Positions 20,391 through 31,116 of a DNA stretch of 64,000 nucleotides are shown piece by piece. The first letter of the stretch is position 1. The number at the start of each line of letters is the position of its first letter. Source of the stretch: Clostridium sp. (GTDB taxonomy: Bacteria > Bacillota > Clostridia > TANB77 > CAG-508); the NCBI GenBank assembly GCA_052174015.1, contig JBQMXM010000001.1, positions 27,962 to 91,961 on the forward strand, in the 5' to 3' direction. A program made the translations under genes and the position numbers. The notes under the pieces were generated by a model. That model was not told the origin of the DNA, made no database searches, and saw only the letters and a program-made list of their open reading frames with translations.

Positions 20391-20972
20391 TTATGTAAGA
20401 AGTGCTAATATATATTCTAGTTCTTGCACTACATCTAATTTTTGAGCATATTCATATAGTTTTTGTATATTTTTATGCTTACTTTTTAAATATAGTTTGA
20501 AATAATGTATAATTTTATCATATTCAACATTTTTACTTGCTTTTTTTCTTAGAATAACTAAATCTAATAATCCTCTTTCTGTATCATATGATACAACTAG
20601 ATTATTATCTTTTGTATATATTTCAGTTTTACCTACATCTACCATATCTTCTTTTAAGTAATAGTATTTACATTCTTCATTTGTTATTATCCTTGTATTA
20701 TAATGACTTACAATAGTTATATTATATATTTTAGGTTCTTGTTTAATAAGATTATTTAAGTATAATGCACTTTCATGTGAATATATACCTTTTCTACATC
20801 TTGATTGATATATATAGTATTTATCATTAAATGATATTACTGTGTATATACCTTTAGATATTTTTTTAAGTTGTTTTTTTCTAACAAGTGTTGTTATTGT
20901 TTTAGAACTTATCCCTAATGATTCTATATAACTTGTTTTAACTATCCCATTATTACTATTTGCAATATCCAT
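20391..20972 (-). CDS. AbiEi-family antitoxin-like wHTH protein (type IV TA AbiEi N-terminal domain)
   Basis: N-terminus GIVKTSYIESLGISSKTITTLVRKKQLKKISKGIYTV matches the AbiEi_4 wHTH signature (GxxxTxxLxxLGISxxxLxxLVxxGxLxRxxRGxY); 193 aa. Confidence 0.6.
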   Translation of the reverse strand: MDIANSNNGIVKTSYIESLGISSKTITTLVRKKQLKKISKGIYTVISFNDKYYIYQSRCRKGIYSHESALYLNNLIKQEPKIYNITIVSHYNTRIITNEECKYYYLKEDMVDVGKTEIYTKDNNLVVSYDTERGLLDLVILRKKASKNVEYDKIIHYFKLYLKSKHKNIQKLYEYAQKLDVVQELEYILALLT

Positions 20973-21017
20973 TACTTGTTGTTCTCTTGTATATTTAGCT
21001 ATTTTTGCCTCCTAATA

Positions 21018-22088
21018 TTAATATTTTTTAGCTTCTTCTTCTCCATTTAACACTCTAAGTCCTCCAAGTGCTAATGCTTCTAATTCGTCTTCTCCTGGAT
21101 ATACTGTAAGTCCAGCTATAAATGAAACTCTTTCTTCTATTAATTTTTGCATTAATTTTGAGTAAGCTATTCCACCTGTAAGTATTATTCTATCAACTTT
21201 TCCATATAATACTGTTGCAAGTTGCCCTATTTCTTTTGATACTTGATATGCCATTGCTTCATACATAAGTACTGCTTCTTTTTCTCCTTTTTCTGCATTT
21301 TCTTCTACTATTCTTGCATCATTTGTATTTAAATATGATACAAATCCACCTTTTCCTACTAAAAGCTTTTTAACTTCTTCTTTTGTATATCCATTATCAA
21401 AACATAAGTCTATTAAACTTCCTGTTGGTAAAGAACCTGCTCTTTCTGGTGAAAATGGACCTTCTCCATCTAATGCGTTTGCAACATCTATTACGCGTCC
21501 ATTTTTATGTGCCGCTACACTTATTCCACCACCCATATGTGCGATTATTAGGTTTAAGTCTTCATATTTTAGATTATTTTCTTTTGCATATCTTTTTGCT
21601 ATTGCTTTTTGATTTAATGCATGAAACTTACTTTCTCTTTCTATTTCTTTTAATCCTGAAATTCTTGCTAGTGGTTCTAATTCGTCTACAACTACAGGAT
21701 CTACTATATATGTTTTAATTTCTTTTGATACTGTATTTGCTAATTCGTTTGCAAGTTGTCCTCCTAAGTTTGAAGCGTGTTGCCCACCAACACCATTTTT
21801 TAAGTCTTCTAACATTTTTTCATTTATTTCATATGTTCCACCTTCTATCGGTTTTAAAAGACCTCCACGAGCTACTATTGCGTCTATTTCTCCTAATTCA
21901 ATACCTGCTTCTTTTAATCCATCTAGTATTACATTTTTTCTAAAATCTAATTGCATATATATTTTTTCATATTTACCTATTTCTTCTGATGAATGTCTTA
22001 ATGTTTTTTCGTATATTTTGTTGTCATCTTCAAATACTGCTATTTTTGTTGAAGTTGAACCTGGATTTATTGTTAATATTTTTTTCAT
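21018..22088 (-). CDS. buk: Butyrate (short-chain acyl) kinase
   Basis: N-terminus MKKILTINPGSTSTKIAVFED and the overall ASKHA signature of butyrate kinases. Confidence 0.88.
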   Translation of the reverse strand: MKKILTINPGSTSTKIAVFEDDNKIYEKTLRHSSEEIGKYEKIYMQLDFRKNVILDGLKEAGIELGEIDAIVARGGLLKPIEGGTYEINEKMLEDLKNGVGGQHASNLGGQLANELANTVSKEIKTYIVDPVVVDELEPLARISGLKEIERESKFHALNQKAIAKRYAKENNLKYEDLNLIIAHMGGGISVAAHKNGRVIDVANALDGEGPFSPERAGSLPTGSLIDLCFDNGYTKEEVKKLLVGKGGFVSYLNTNDARIVEENAEKGEKEAVLMYEAMAYQVSKEIGQLATVLYGKVDRIILTGGIAYSKLMQKLIEERVSFIAGLTVYPGEDELEALALGGLRVLNGEEEAKKY

Positions 22089-22176
22089 TTTTTCCTCCTA
22101 ATATTAAAAGTTATTTATCTAATATTTAGTATACCATATATTTATACATATATCTATTATTTTTCATTTAAATAAA

Positions 22177-22206
22177 AATGTACCAATACTTTTGTATTAG
22201 TACATT
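22177..22206 (-). terminator. Intrinsic terminator after lysS
   Basis: Stem aatgtaccaatac/gtattagtacatt with a tttt loop, followed on the minus strand by a T-rich tract. Confidence 0.5.
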
Positions 22207-22211
22207 AATAT

Positions 22212-23708
22212 CTAATTATTTGATTTTGGTTTCATTGTAGGGAAGAATAGTACATCTCTAATTGATGCAGAATTTGTAAGTAACATTACTAATCTATCTA
22301 TTCCTATTCCAAGTCCTCCTGTTGGTGGCATTCCATATTCTAATGCTTCTATAAAGTCTGTATCCATCATACATGCTTCTTCATCACCTTTTTCTCTAGC
22401 TTCTAATTGTGATAAAAATCTTTCATATTGATCTATTGGGTCATTTAATTCTGAATATGCATTACCATATTCTCTTCCACCTATAAATAATTCAAATCTT
22501 TCTGTAAGTTTTGGATTATCTGCTTTTTTCTTTGTAAGTGGTGATACTTCTATTGGATAATCATATATGAATGTTGGTTGTATTAATGTTTCTTCTACTG
22601 TTTCTTCAAACATCAAATTCATAATACTACCTATTGATTTTTGTGATTCTTGTACTTCAATATTATACTTTTTAGCTATTTCTAATGCTTCTTCTAATGT
22701 TTTTACATTATTAAAATCTATACCTGTAACTTCTTTTATAGCGTCATTCATTGTGATTCTTTTCCAACCTTTTTTAAGGTCTATTGTTTGCCCTGCATAC
22801 TCTATTTTTGTTGTTCCTAATGTTTTTTGTGCTACTGTTCCAATTAAATCTTCTGTTAAATCCATCATATCAAAATAGTCCTTATATGCTTGATATAGCT
22901 CTATATTTGTAAATTCTGGATTGTGTTTAATTGATATACCTTCATTTCTAAACATTCTCCCCATTTCATATACTTTTTCAAATCCACCTACAATTAGTCT
23001 TTTTAAATGTAATTCATTTGCAATTCTTAAATACATTTCCATATTTAATGCATTATGATGTGTTTCAAATGGTTTAGCTGCCGCTCCACCAGCTACTGTA
23101 TGTAATATTGGAGTTTCTACTTCTAAAAATCCTAAATTATTTAAATATTCTTTTATTTCTTTTAATATTTGAATTCTTTTTAAGAAAATGTTCTTAACAT
23201 CAGAATTTACAATTAAATCTAATTCACGATGACGATATCTCATATCAACATCTTTAAGTCCTGAAAATTTGTCTGGAAACGGTCTTAATGCTTTTGTAAG
23301 TAAAGTTATATCTTTTACATGTACAGATATTTCTCCTGTTTTTGTTTTAAATACAAATCCTGTAACCCCTATAATATCTCCTAAGTCGTATTTTTTGAAA
23401 TCTAAGTATTTTTCTTCTAAATCATTTTTTGATAAATATAGTTGGATTCTATCTTGTTCATCTTGAATTGTAGTAAATGATGCTTTTCCCATAACTCTTT
23501 TTGTCATTATTCTTCCTGCTATTGATACATCTTTTCCTTCTAATTCTTCAAAGTTTTCTTTTATTTCTTTTGATGAATGTGTTTTATTAAATTTTGTTTG
23601 TATAAATGGATTTTTCCCTTCTTCTACTAACACTTCTAATTTTTCTTTTCTTACTTTCATTAATTTATCTAATTCTTCATCATAATTAACTTCTACTTGA
23701 TTATTCAT
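22212..23708 (-). CDS. lysS: Lysyl-tRNA synthetase (class II)
   Basis: N-terminal OB domain, class II motifs 1-3 (FRNEG, GGAAA..., GLGIGIDR), 498 aa. Confidence 0.93.
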   Translation of the reverse strand: MNNQVEVNYDEELDKLMKVRKEKLEVLVEEGKNPFIQTKFNKTHSSKEIKENFEELEGKDVSIAGRIMTKRVMGKASFTTIQDEQDRIQLYLSKNDLEEKYLDFKKYDLGDIIGVTGFVFKTKTGEISVHVKDITLLTKALRPFPDKFSGLKDVDMRYRHRELDLIVNSDVKNIFLKRIQILKEIKEYLNNLGFLEVETPILHTVAGGAAAKPFETHHNALNMEMYLRIANELHLKRLIVGGFEKVYEMGRMFRNEGISIKHNPEFTNIELYQAYKDYFDMMDLTEDLIGTVAQKTLGTTKIEYAGQTIDLKKGWKRITMNDAIKEVTGIDFNNVKTLEEALEIAKKYNIEVQESQKSIGSIMNLMFEETVEETLIQPTFIYDYPIEVSPLTKKKADNPKLTERFELFIGGREYGNAYSELNDPIDQYERFLSQLEAREKGDEEACMMDTDFIEALEYGMPPTGGLGIGIDRLVMLLTNSASIRDVLFFPTMKPKSNN

Positions 23709-24939
23709 TTTTTCCTCCTAAGATTTTTTCTGCTTTTTCTAATTGAACATCTTTCTTTTTTTGCAAATTATCTTTTGTTAATTTAACTTCTACTTGTGGT
23801 TTTATTCCTATCTTATTAATTTTTTCTCCGTTTGCTCTTTTGTATTCTTCTGTAGTTACTTTAAGTACCCCACCTTTTAAAATTCCTGTTTCTAACTTAA
23901 ATGGGATTATTGTTTGAATAACTCCTTTTCCAAAAGTTTTTTCTCCTACAAATTTAGCTCTATTATTATCTATTAATGCAGATATTAATATTTCTGAAGC
24001 AGAGGCTGAATATTTATTTCCTAATACTATAATTTCTTCTGATATTTTAGGATCTTTTTTAGTTCTAACTTCTTCTATATTATGATATTTATCTTCTGTT
24101 TTAAATATTAATGTGTTTTTAGGTAAAATTAATTCTAATATCTTTTGTGTAGATCTTAAATCTCCTCCACCATTATATCTTACATCAATAATTAGTTTTT
24201 TCATTCCTTTTTGTTTTAATTCTGTATATGCTTTTTCAAAATTTTCATGAACATGTTCATCAAATGTTTCAATTCTAATATATCCAATATTATTTTTTAA
24301 CATTTTAAATGATGTATTATTTATTTTAATATCTTCTCTTTTTACATCTACATCTTTAATTACTTTCTTATTATTCTCTATTCTTGAAATTTTTAATTTA
24401 ACAATTGTATTTTCTTTCCCTTTTAGTTTATCTGCAATTTCATCTAAAGTATTATTTGAGATAACATGATTGTCTATTTGAATTATCTTATCTTCTGGTA
24501 ATAGTCCTGCTTTTTCAGCTGGTGCATCTTTCATAACCTGAGTTATAATTGCTTCTTCATTTTCGTTTAGTGAAAGTACAACTCCTATTCCTTTATATTC
24601 TCCACTAACTCTCGTATTTATATCTTCCCATTCTTTTTTTGTATAATATTCTGTATATTTATCACCTAATCCTGATACATAGCCTTTAATAGCTCCTTCT
24701 AGCAATGCTTTTTCATCCCTATTGCTATCTACATATCTTTCATCAAGTACTTTTCTAACCTTCTTTAATTCTCTACTTAATTCTTTGTAACTTGCATTAG
24801 AATGTTTTTTAAAAGTTGCAGGTTTAAATATATTTATTCCATTTTCTATACAATAATATGTTGCATTAATTGTTACAAGTACTACTATTACTGTATATAA
24901 AAATATTAATATTGCTTTTTCACGTTTTGTTTGCTTCAT
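23701..24939 (-). CDS. ctpA: Carboxyl-terminal processing protease (S41) with N-terminal TM anchor and PDZ domain
   Basis: Catalytic Ser in the YSASASEIL motif, a PDZ region, and an overall length and arrangement typical of CtpA/Prc. Overlaps lysS by 8 nt. Confidence 0.8.
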   Translation of the reverse strand: MKQTKREKAILIFLYTVIVVLVTINATYYCIENGINIFKPATFKKHSNASYKELSRELKKVRKVLDERYVDSNRDEKALLEGAIKGYVSGLGDKYTEYYTKKEWEDINTRVSGEYKGIGVVLSLNENEEAIITQVMKDAPAEKAGLLPEDKIIQIDNHVISNNTLDEIADKLKGKENTIVKLKISRIENNKKVIKDVDVKREDIKINNTSFKMLKNNIGYIRIETFDEHVHENFEKAYTELKQKGMKKLIIDVRYNGGGDLRSTQKILELILPKNTLIFKTEDKYHNIEEVRTKKDPKISEEIIVLGNKYSASASEILISALIDNNRAKFVGEKTFGKGVIQTIIPFKLETGILKGGVLKVTTEEYKRANGEKINKIGIKPQVEVKLTKDNLQKKKDVQLEKAEKILGGKNE

Positions 24940-25022
24940 TTGTATCTCCCGTATCTCTTTTTTATTATATCACATAATTGAAATATGTAAACAATATTCA
25001 ATTATAGAATGTTAATTAATTA

Positions 25023-25559
25023 TTAATTATTAAAATTATTTTCCATTTTCTCAATTTGTTTAATTCTTTTAACATATCTATCTGTATTTTTAAATTTTGA
25101 ATCTATAATTATATCTAAATATTTAATTAAATTTTTTAAATCTACATCATTTGAAGATACACAAAATACATTTATATCATCATCTTCAATACCATTTTTA
25201 ATTCCAATTTCATTATTAACTAAACTAGCTCTAACACCTTTCACCTTATTTGCCGCTACAATCATACCATGTCCTGACTTACAAATTAATATACCAAATA
25301 CTTTAAAATCTGAATTTTCCACATTATTTTCTACATTATATTTTTTTAATTCTGATACTAGTTTTTTTCCAACTAATTCTGCATATATTGGATAATCTGT
25401 TCTATCTAGGCTATCTGTTCCAACATCAATTATTTTAAAATTAGTATATTTTTTATCTAAAATATATTTAATTAATTCTTCTTTTAATTCATACCCACCA
25501 TGGTCTGAACCTATTATCATTGTTGTATTTGCATTTTTTTGTATCTTTTGTTTATCCAT
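25023..25559 (-). CDS. rpiB: Ribose-5-phosphate isomerase B / LacAB family sugar-phosphate isomerase
   Basis: MIIGSDHGGYELKEELIKYI...ICKSGHGMIVAANKVKGVRA matches the RpiB motifs. The N-terminal 14-aa extension is kept because of a GAGAGGT RBS. Confidence 0.8.
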   Translation of the reverse strand: MDKQKIQKNANTTMIIGSDHGGYELKEELIKYILDKKYTNFKIIDVGTDSLDRTDYPIYAELVGKKLVSELKKYNVENNVENSDFKVFGILICKSGHGMIVAANKVKGVRASLVNNEIGIKNGIEDDDINVFCVSSNDVDLKNLIKYLDIIIDSKFKNTDRYVKRIKQIEKMENNFNN

Positions 25560-25582
25560 ATTACCTCTCTACTTTTGTATAA

Positions 25583-26242
25583 TTATCTATCTGATTTTTT
25601 TATACTATTAACTTCAAATATATATATTTCTGAAATATATCCTTGTTTTTCCAATACACCTACTGTATAAGTTTTGTCTTCCACTTCTTTGATTGCTTGC
25701 GATATATATAGTTCATATTTTTTATCATCAAAATTAGGCTCTATAATTATATCTTTAAATTGAATTAATATCTTTGGAATATCAGGATTTTCTTGTTTTT
25801 GTATATTATATGATGTATTATTATTACTATTTTTTAGTTCTTGTAATAATGAGATAACTTCATCCTTATTCTTATTACCTATATATTTTAAATATTTAAA
25901 ATTAAATTTTTGTCTTTTAATGTTTTCTTCATTATTTACTGTACTTTGAGTATTATTTTGATTATTTTCTTGATTATTCTGAAGATTTTGCATACTTTTT
26001 CTAATATTTAATATATAATTTTCTAATTTCCACTTATTTAATATATTTTCTAAATATGATGTTTTACCATCATTTGTTTTTTGAATATCTATCTGCATTC
26101 TTTCTAATCTACTTGTACTAACACCATTTGTAGATACCATTTCATTAATATCTTTTATATGATTTGCATTATCTCTAGTTATATATGGACTTGAAATAAT
26201 TGAAGCTGTTAGTAATATTGATACTAATTTTGACATATCCAC
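25583..26242 (-). CDS. Hypothetical secreted protein (signal peptide), Asn/Gln-rich
   Basis: 219 aa. N-terminal signal-like segment MSKLVSILLTASIISSPYI. No recognisable domain. Confidence 0.4.
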   Translation of the reverse strand: MDMSKLVSILLTASIISSPYITRDNANHIKDINEMVSTNGVSTSRLERMQIDIQKTNDGKTSYLENILNKWKLENYILNIRKSMQNLQNNQENNQNNTQSTVNNEENIKRQKFNFKYLKYIGNKNKDEVISLLQELKNSNNNTSYNIQKQENPDIPKILIQFKDIIIEPNFDDKKYELYISQAIKEVEDKTYTVGVLEKQGYISEIYIFEVNSIKKSDR

Positions 26243-26248
26243 CTACCA

Positions 26249-27892
26249 TTATATTATCTCTAATTCTTCTCCTTTTATACTTATAGATAAATTCTTTAAT
26301 TGAATATATTTATCACTACAACTATTAATTATATTATTATTAATACTTTCTTTTAATAATTCTTTATCTTTAACATATTCCTCTTCTTCTAAAATACATT
26401 TTAATATATATTTTGTTCTAGGTTTTCCTTCTAAATTTAGTTCAAAATAATATATATTCAAATTATTACTACTTTTTATTAATTTTAATTCATATACATA
26501 TTTTTCATCTAATGAAACTATATACATTTTTGGTATATATTTAAGAAGTTCTTCTTTTCCTTTAATAACTTTAGAAATCACAATATTCCCTATAAGTTTT
26601 TCTAAACCATTAATTTTTTGTACATCTAAAAACGAAATATTATATTTTAAATATGATATATTATTAATTGGATTAACCTTTGGTACTATATTATTGATTT
26701 TTTTAATTTGTATTTTACCATCATTAATCTCTATATTTTCATTAATAACTGTAGTTTTCGGAAGTTTAATTTCTCTTGTATTACCTTCTATCTCTATATA
26801 TAGTATATATTTACAAATATAGTTACATATATCTGATATTTTAAAATCAAAATAATATAATCCGTCTAAGTTTTTTCTAATATATCCATAATGTTTTTTT
26901 GAATTTTGAATTTTAAATTTTTCATTTTGATAAACTTCTTTATTAATATTTTCTGCATCAGAAATACATTCAGTTATATCACTAGATTCTAAATACACTT
27001 TAATTTTTCTAATATCTAAAAATTCTAAAGTTTCATTAATATATTTATTAATAGATAATTCAAACCAGATATATTCTCCTTTATCTTTTGAATTTAATAT
27101 ACCTATACTTTGTATTTCAGTTTTATATTTAATATTTCCTGTATCATCTATTTTTTCAGAAGATATTTTTTCTTTCAATTCTTTAACTTCTTTAATTTTT
27201 TTAACTTCTTTAATTTCATTATCTATTTTTATCTGATTTTGAAAAAAGTTATCCACATTTTGTACACATTTAGTGTTTATATCTATTTTTTGTTCTCTAT
27301 TTTTTTTATTTATATGCTTTTTATTATTTCTATTCAGCTTATTTTTTCTTCTATTTTCTTTCCTTATTTCTTTCTTACTTTTTTTAATATTATTATTTAA
27401 ACTATTATTTACACCATTAATATTACTACTATTATTAGTAGTAATATCATTATTATTATTGTTATTTAAATTAGTACTTTCTGTATCTATTGTTGATATA
27501 TTTGAATGAATATAGAATACATTATCAGTTATGTATAAATTAAATAACTTCCCTTTATATGTTTGATTTGGTATTTTTAACATATTATTATCTAATTCTA
27601 AATAATATGATTTTTCCATATCTATATTTTTTAAATCAATATCAAAATAATATATATTTTTTTCATTTTCTTTATTTGATTTTGTTTTTAAAATACTTAT
27701 CTTTTCCATATATTTCTTATCTATAGATACAAAGGAAAGCTCTATTTTATCTTCTTTAGCTTCTAATAATCCATTAATATACATTGCATTAGGCTTATTT
27801 GCTAATATTTGTATTTCTGTTACATTTATCTTTTGTGAAATTGTTTTTTCTTCTTGTTTTTTATCTTCGTTCATTTCACTACCTAATTTCAA
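26249..27892 (-). CDS. Hypothetical 547-aa protein with a central poly-Asn/Lys low-complexity linker
   Basis: A long ORF with consistent codon usage. It has two globular halves separated by an N/K-rich linker (NNNNNNDITTNNSSNINGVNNSLNNN...KKNREQK). No TM helices. Confidence 0.4.
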   Translation of the reverse strand: MKLGSEMNEDKKQEEKTISQKINVTEIQILANKPNAMYINGLLEAKEDKIELSFVSIDKKYMEKISILKTKSNKENEKNIYYFDIDLKNIDMEKSYYLELDNNMLKIPNQTYKGKLFNLYITDNVFYIHSNISTIDTESTNLNNNNNNDITTNNSSNINGVNNSLNNNIKKSKKEIRKENRRKNKLNRNNKKHINKKNREQKIDINTKCVQNVDNFFQNQIKIDNEIKEVKKIKEVKELKEKISSEKIDDTGNIKYKTEIQSIGILNSKDKGEYIWFELSINKYINETLEFLDIRKIKVYLESSDITECISDAENINKEVYQNEKFKIQNSKKHYGYIRKNLDGLYYFDFKISDICNYICKYILYIEIEGNTREIKLPKTTVINENIEINDGKIQIKKINNIVPKVNPINNISYLKYNISFLDVQKINGLEKLIGNIVISKVIKGKEELLKYIPKMYIVSLDEKYVYELKLIKSSNNLNIYYFELNLEGKPRTKYILKCILEEEEYVKDKELLKESINNNIINSCSDKYIQLKNLSISIKGEELEII

Positions 27893-27916
27893 GAAAACTT
27901 TTGTCTTCTTAATATA

Positions 27917-29731
27917 TTATTTTCCTTTCATAATTGCTTCAAATTCTTCTCCAGTTATTTTTTCTCTATCTATTAGTACTTTTGCTACTTCATGTAGTTT
28001 ATCTATATTTTGTGTTAGTATTTCTCTTCCTACTTCATATGCTTTATCTATAATCAATTTAACTTCTCTATCTATATTACCTGCTGTTTCTTCGCTAAAT
28101 GTTTTATGTTGTGCAATATCTCTACCTAAAAATACTTCATCTTGACCTTGTTTAAAACATATTGTACCTATTACAGGACTCATACCATATTTTGTTACCA
28201 TATCTTGTGCTATTTTTGTTACTCTTTCTATATCATTTGATGCACCTGTTGAAACATCTACAAGTACTATGTCTTCTGCAAGTCTTCCCCCAAGTAATCC
28301 TATTAATTGTTCTTCCATTTCTTTTTTAGATAAGAATGATTTATCTTCTCCTGATTTATACATTGTATATCCACCTGCCATTCCACGTGGCACTATAGAT
28401 ATTTCATGTACTTTATCTTGTGTTGGTAAAAAGTATGATACTACAGCATGTCCAGCTTCATGATATGATACTAGTTTTCTTTCTTTTTTACTCATAACTC
28501 TGCTTTTCTTTTCAGGACCCATAGTTACTTTTATCATTGCTTGTTCTATATCTTTTGTAGTAATATAGTCTTTTTCTTCTCTTGCTGCAAGTAACGCTGA
28601 TTCATTTAATACATTTTCTAAATCTGCTCCTGAAAATCCTGCTGTATTTTTAGCTATAACTTCAAGTTCTACATCTGCTCCTAATTTTTTACCTTTAGCA
28701 TGTACTTTTAATATTTCTAATCTTGCATTTTTATCAGGCATTGATACTACTATTTGTCTGTCAAATCTTCCTGCTCTAAGTAATGCTGTATCTAATACAT
28801 CTGGCCTATTAGTTGCAGCCATAACAATTACACCTTCATTTTTAGAAAATCCATCCATTTCTACTAATAATTGATTTAATGTTTGTTCTCTTTCATCATG
28901 ACCACCACCAAGTCCTGCTCCACGTTGACGTCCAACTGCATCTATCTCGTCTATAAATAATATACATGGAGAGTTCTTTTTAGCTTCTTGAAACATTTCT
29001 CTTACTCTTTTTGCTCCAACTCCTACATACATTTCAACAAAGTCAGAACCTGATATTGTAAAAAATGGAACTCCTGCTTCTCCAGCTACTGCTTTTGCAA
29101 GCAATGTTTTACCTGTTCCTGGTCTTCCTACTAAAAGTACTCCTTTTGGTATTCTTGCTCCCATATCTATATATTTTTGTGGATTTTTTAAGAAATCTAC
29201 AATTTCTTTTAATTCTTCTTTTTCTTCTTCTATACCTGCAACATTATCAAATACTACTTCTGGATCTTCTTCATTATCCATTCTTCTTGCTTTGCTCTTT
29301 CCAAAAGTTATATCTTTAGCCATTTCTTGTCTTTTTCCATTCATAGCTAACATATTTAAAATTAAAAATAGTATTAATAATCCTAATATTGTTGGAATTA
29401 TATACATTGCTGTTTTTAAAACTTTTTTATAGCTTGGTTCGTCTTTTTTATATACTTCAATCTTATTTTCTGTGATTTCACCTTTTATTTCATCTAAAAA
29501 TGAATTTACACTTGGAATATTTGCCCTATATGTATTTCCATCTTTCATATATTTTAATGAATTATTATCAGATTCTATCTCTATTTTTTTAACTTGACCA
29601 CTTTTAACATTTTTTAATGCCTCTGTATAATTAACAGTTTTTTCTCCATACATATTTAGATAACTTGTTATAGTTATTATTACTGATAAAATTAATGTCC
29701 ATATTATTAATGTTTTAATTGTTTTTTTCAT
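27917..29731 (-). CDS. ftsH: ATP-dependent zinc metalloprotease FtsH
   Basis: Two TM helices, Walker A GPPGTGKT, Walker B ILFIDEID, the SRH motif, and the zinc-binding HEAGHA. Confidence 0.93.
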   Translation of the reverse strand: MKKTIKTLIIWTLILSVIITITSYLNMYGEKTVNYTEALKNVKSGQVKKIEIESDNNSLKYMKDGNTYRANIPSVNSFLDEIKGEITENKIEVYKKDEPSYKKVLKTAMYIIPTILGLLILFLILNMLAMNGKRQEMAKDITFGKSKARRMDNEEDPEVVFDNVAGIEEEKEELKEIVDFLKNPQKYIDMGARIPKGVLLVGRPGTGKTLLAKAVAGEAGVPFFTISGSDFVEMYVGVGAKRVREMFQEAKKNSPCILFIDEIDAVGRQRGAGLGGGHDEREQTLNQLLVEMDGFSKNEGVIVMAATNRPDVLDTALLRAGRFDRQIVVSMPDKNARLEILKVHAKGKKLGADVELEVIAKNTAGFSGADLENVLNESALLAAREEKDYITTKDIEQAMIKVTMGPEKKSRVMSKKERKLVSYHEAGHAVVSYFLPTQDKVHEISIVPRGMAGGYTMYKSGEDKSFLSKKEMEEQLIGLLGGRLAEDIVLVDVSTGASNDIERVTKIAQDMVTKYGMSPVIGTICFKQGQDEVFLGRDIAQHKTFSEETAGNIDREVKLIIDKAYEVGREILTQNIDKLHEVAKVLIDREKITGEEFEAIMKGK

Positions 29732-29757
29732 ATTTAATATTTTGCCTTTCTTTTGTT

Positions 29758-30225
29758 TTAATTCATTTGTGCTTTAAATACAGAAATATATCCTGAAATA
29801 CTATTACCTGTCAATTTAGAAAATAATTCTTGAAATTTCCCATTAAAATATTCTCTATATTCTTCTTTTGCTTTTTCACTTATCTTATTATCTTCAAAAA
29901 ATATCTCTAATGTCCTATTAATACAATATGCTTCAAATTTTGCTTCAAAATCTGATTCAGATATTTCTTCTATTTTTTCATCATAAAATTTACCACTATC
30001 TTTAGCTTCATTTAGTGCTTTTTGAATTGATTGCATATATACTTGTTCTGAATTAGCTAAATCTGACTTTTTTAGTGTTTGTTCTGTATTTTTTAAAATA
30101 TTAATGTCTTCTTTTTCGTATGCTTTTTGAATAACTATTGCAAGTACTGTTGCAAGTACTAAAATAATGATTACTAGTATACCTATTGTTATACCATTGT
30201 TATTTTTAACTTTTATATATTTCAT
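29758..30225 (-). CDS. Prepilin-type N-terminal domain protein (pilin/pseudopilin-like), 155 aa
   Basis: N-terminus KVKNNNGITIGILVIIILVLATVLAIV is a class III signal-like segment. Last of four tandem paralogs. Confidence 0.5.
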   Translation of the reverse strand: MKYIKVKNNNGITIGILVIIILVLATVLAIVIQKAYEKEDINILKNTEQTLKKSDLANSEQVYMQSIQKALNEAKDSGKFYDEKIEEISESDFEAKFEAYCINRTLEIFFEDNKISEKAKEEYREYFNGKFQELFSKLTGNSISGYISVFKAQMN

Positions 30226-30266
30226 ATTTATTCCTTTATATATTATTTAATTTATACTATTCTCTT

Positions 30267-30680
30267 TTACATTAACTCTACATCATATTCATATATAGTT
30301 TGTTTTTTTTCATCTTTTATAATATATTTTTTATCTATTTTTTCTACTGTATATTTTAATTTTTCTTTTGCCATTTTTTCTTCAAATTCTTTTTTTACAA
30401 GTTGAAATATTTTTTCTTCTATCTCCTCATCTGCTTTTGCATTTGACATTACTATATCATACTTTCTATGATATATATCTAAAAATATATCTTCTATTTG
30501 CTTATTATTATATTTTTGTTTTTGTGATATTGTTGAATTTAATAATTCATTATTATTTGTAGATAAATTAATAACTACACCTGCAATTATTGTTAATATT
30601 ATTATTGTAAGTACTAATAATATCATTGTTATACCATTATTGCTTTTTAACTTGTATTTCAATACATTATTTGATAACAT
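30267..30680 (-). CDS. Prepilin-type N-terminal domain protein (pilin/pseudopilin-like), 137 aa
   Basis: N-terminus KLKSNNGITMILLVLTIIILTIIAGVV. Confidence 0.5.
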   Translation of the reverse strand: MLSNNVLKYKLKSNNGITMILLVLTIIILTIIAGVVINLSTNNNELLNSTISQKQKYNNKQIEDIFLDIYHRKYDIVMSNAKADEEIEEKIFQLVKKEFEEKMAKEKLKYTVEKIDKKYIIKDEKKQTIYEYDVELM

Positions 30681-30693
30681 TCATATCCCTTTC

Positions 30694-31116
30694 CTATTTC
30701 ATAATTTCTTTTATTTCAATTTCTTTTTCAATCTTTTTATCTTTACCCCTATGTAAAGTCATAATTATTGATTTTGTTTCATCAGAATATCTTAAATCTC
30801 TTAAATACTCACCATCTTTTTTTTCTGCAAAAAAACGAAACTCTCTATATACTTCAATTATTTTTTCCCCTACTTCTTTTTCAGTAATTCCAGTATCTTC
30901 TGTAAGAAGATTTAATTCTAAATATATTCTTTTAATTTCTTGTTTTACCTGTATTTCTTCTATCTCATCAATTGTTTTTTGTGCTTCTTTTACATTTTTA
31001 TTTCCATCTCTACTAATATATATATATGATACCATTGATACTATTATTGATAATGTTAAAATTGTAATTACTAAAGTAACTAAAGTTATACCTTGATTTT
31101 TCTTAAAATCTATCAT
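30694..31116 (-). CDS. Prepilin-type N-terminal domain protein (pilin/pseudopilin-like), 140 aa
   Basis: N-terminus FKKNQGITLVTLVITILTLSIIV. Overlaps the upstream paralog by 4 nt (ATGA). Confidence 0.5.
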   Translation of the reverse strand: MIDFKKNQGITLVTLVITILTLSIIVSMVSYIYISRDGNKNVKEAQKTIDEIEEIQVKQEIKRIYLELNLLTEDTGITEKEVGEKIIEVYREFRFFAEKKDGEYLRDLRYSDETKSIIMTLHRGKDKKIEKEIEIKEIMK

